The notes beneath the pieces are model-generated. The model was not told the DNA's origin. It worked only from the letters and a program-made list of their open reading frames with translations, and did no database searches. Made by a program: the position numbers and the translations under genes. Shown here piece by piece: positions 62,621 to 64,000 of a stretch of DNA of 64,000 nucleotides. The first letter of the stretch is position 1. Each line of letters begins with the position of its first letter. The stretch comes from Candidatus Bathyarchaeota archaeon. GTDB lineage: Archaea; Thermoproteota; Bathyarchaeia; Bathyarchaeales; Bathycorpusculaceae. The stretch is from assembly GCA_963768425.1 (NCBI GenBank), contig CAVYHV010000029.1, forward strand, positions 1-64,000, read 5' to 3'.

Positions 62621-64000
62621 ATGTCATTTGATAACGATCAATATAGGCAATTATTCATAGATGAGGCAAAAGAGCATTTAGATACAATAACTAAATCAAT
62701 GTTGATTTTAGAAAAAGAACCCGAAAACCAAGAGGTTATTAACATGCTTTTTAGGGCAGCTCACACGTTAAAGGGTTCGTCAGGAATGATGGGCTTCAAA
62801 GACTTTCAAGAGCTCACTCATAACATGGAAGATATCTTTGATGACATGCGAAAGGGCAATCGACCCTCCTGTAATCTCATCACAGCTCTTCTGGAATGTT
62901 TAGATGCTTTATCACAGCGACTTGAAAACATACAAAATAAAGTCGATGGCGACATTGAAGTTGAACAATTCAAAGATAAGTTGCAAAAGGCTAAGTCTCA
63001 ATTGCAAATCTTGCAACCACAAAAGGAGAATGAAAGTAAGCAATCAGCGCTTGAAAATAATAGGCTTGATTTTAACGAAAACGAAAAAGAGTTAATCAGT
63101 AAGGCTGAAAATGCAGGCGAACAATGTTTCATAATTAATTTCAAATTTGCAGACGATTGCAGTTTCAAGACTATTCGAGCAAGTATGGTTTTGGACAAGA
63201 TTGCCGAAGTTGCGAGAATAGTGAAGTCTGTTCCAGCAAGTGAAGAATTTGACGAGCAGAAGCTCAGCCAGGGCTTTAAAATGGCTGTCACTAGGCAAGC
63301 TTGACGAAGAAACAGTCGCAAAAAGCGCTAAGAGCGTTCTTGAGGTAGAGAGTGTAAGCATTTCAGCTTATAACACATTTGCTCCCCCTGTCAAGAAGAC
63401 TCTTGATGGCCTTTTGGCTGAGAATAATTACGTCATAACTGTTGAAAATAAAAAAATTGTCAAGGTCCTTCAGGACCAGGCGGCTACTCAAACTGTTCGA
63501 GTAAAGTTTGATCAGCTTGACAAATTGATGAATTGGGTAGGTGAACTTGTTATCAACAAAATCGCCCTTCTTCAGATAACCTCGGATAATCGAAACGACC
63601 AATTGAAGCATGTTACAGAAAACATTGATCGGTTAACCGCTGACTTGCAAGATCTCGTAATGGAAGTCCGAATGGTGCCCGTCAGTCAGGTATTCGACAG
63701 GTTTCCGCGTTTGGTTAGAGATCTTTCGTTAAAAAAAGGAAAGAAAATTGATTTGGTTATGGAGGGAAAGGACATTGAAGTTGACAGGACAGTATTGGAT
63801 GAAATTGGTGAGCCGTTAATTCATTTGCTTCGAAACAGTGTTGACCATGGTGTGGAAACTCCAGAAGATAGAGTGAAAATAAACAAAAATGAAACTGGAA
63901 CGATTAAGCTTTCGGCTCAGAGAAATGGCAATCAAGTAATTATAGAAATCCAAGATGATGGGGCTGGAATCGACCCTGAGAAACTAAAGGAGTCAGCTCT
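62621..64000 (+). CDS. cheA: Chemotaxis histidine kinase CheA (frameshift ~63295; runs off the window)
   Basis: HPT LFRAAHTLKGSSGMMG; then TVRVKFDQLDKLMNWVGELVI, RMVPV..VFDRFPRLVRDL, HLLRNSVDHG, IQDDGAGID. Confidence 0.95.

Noticed and set aside
154-63611. Numerous short antisense or alternative-frame ORFs in the track (e.g. 2568-2771, 10996-11268, 49443-50255)
   Set aside because: They are shadows of well-supported genes, without motifs or RBS.
1-64000. Mass pseudogenisation or programmed frameshifting (~20 broken genes)
   Set aside because: The breaks are single indels, often in homopolymers, and hit core genes (OFOR alpha, cheA, cheR) with no other decay. This fits unpolished long-read error; short-read polishing would settle it.

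Overview
Archaeal chromosomal DNA. Gene content, TATA/BRE promoters, TTG/GTG/CTG starts and protein styles suggest Bathyarchaeia/TACK (inference). The sequence carries about 20 single-base frameshifts, most plausibly long-read indel errors. Left end (1-8.8 kb): a very large Ig/IPT-repeat surface protein with a type IV pilus ATPase, two PilC/TadC-type membrane proteins and stand-alone signalling-output-like proteins. Middle: housekeeping and accessory genes (marC, nucS, htrA, dienelactone hydrolase, ABC exporter, YihY, tRNA-Ile and tRNA-Arg), an SMC5/6-like SMC-kleisin-kite operon, a membrane-tethered wHTH regulator, a tandem ferritin, a 2-oxoacid:ferredoxin oxidoreductase, and nrdR-nrdD-nrdG with two NrdR-box-like sites flanking the TATA box. 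Right end (44-64 kb): four paralogous major pilins, a second type IV pilus operon, TrmB/vWA/MoxR-AAA+ genes and a chemotaxis operon (cheY, D, C, R, A), with no recognisable archaellum genes in the window. The most unusual non-coding signal is a dispersed family of four elements, each a conserved T-rich leader followed by GAC triplets phased every 10 bp. One copy is expanded to 15 perfect repeats and one has its array inverted relative to the leader.
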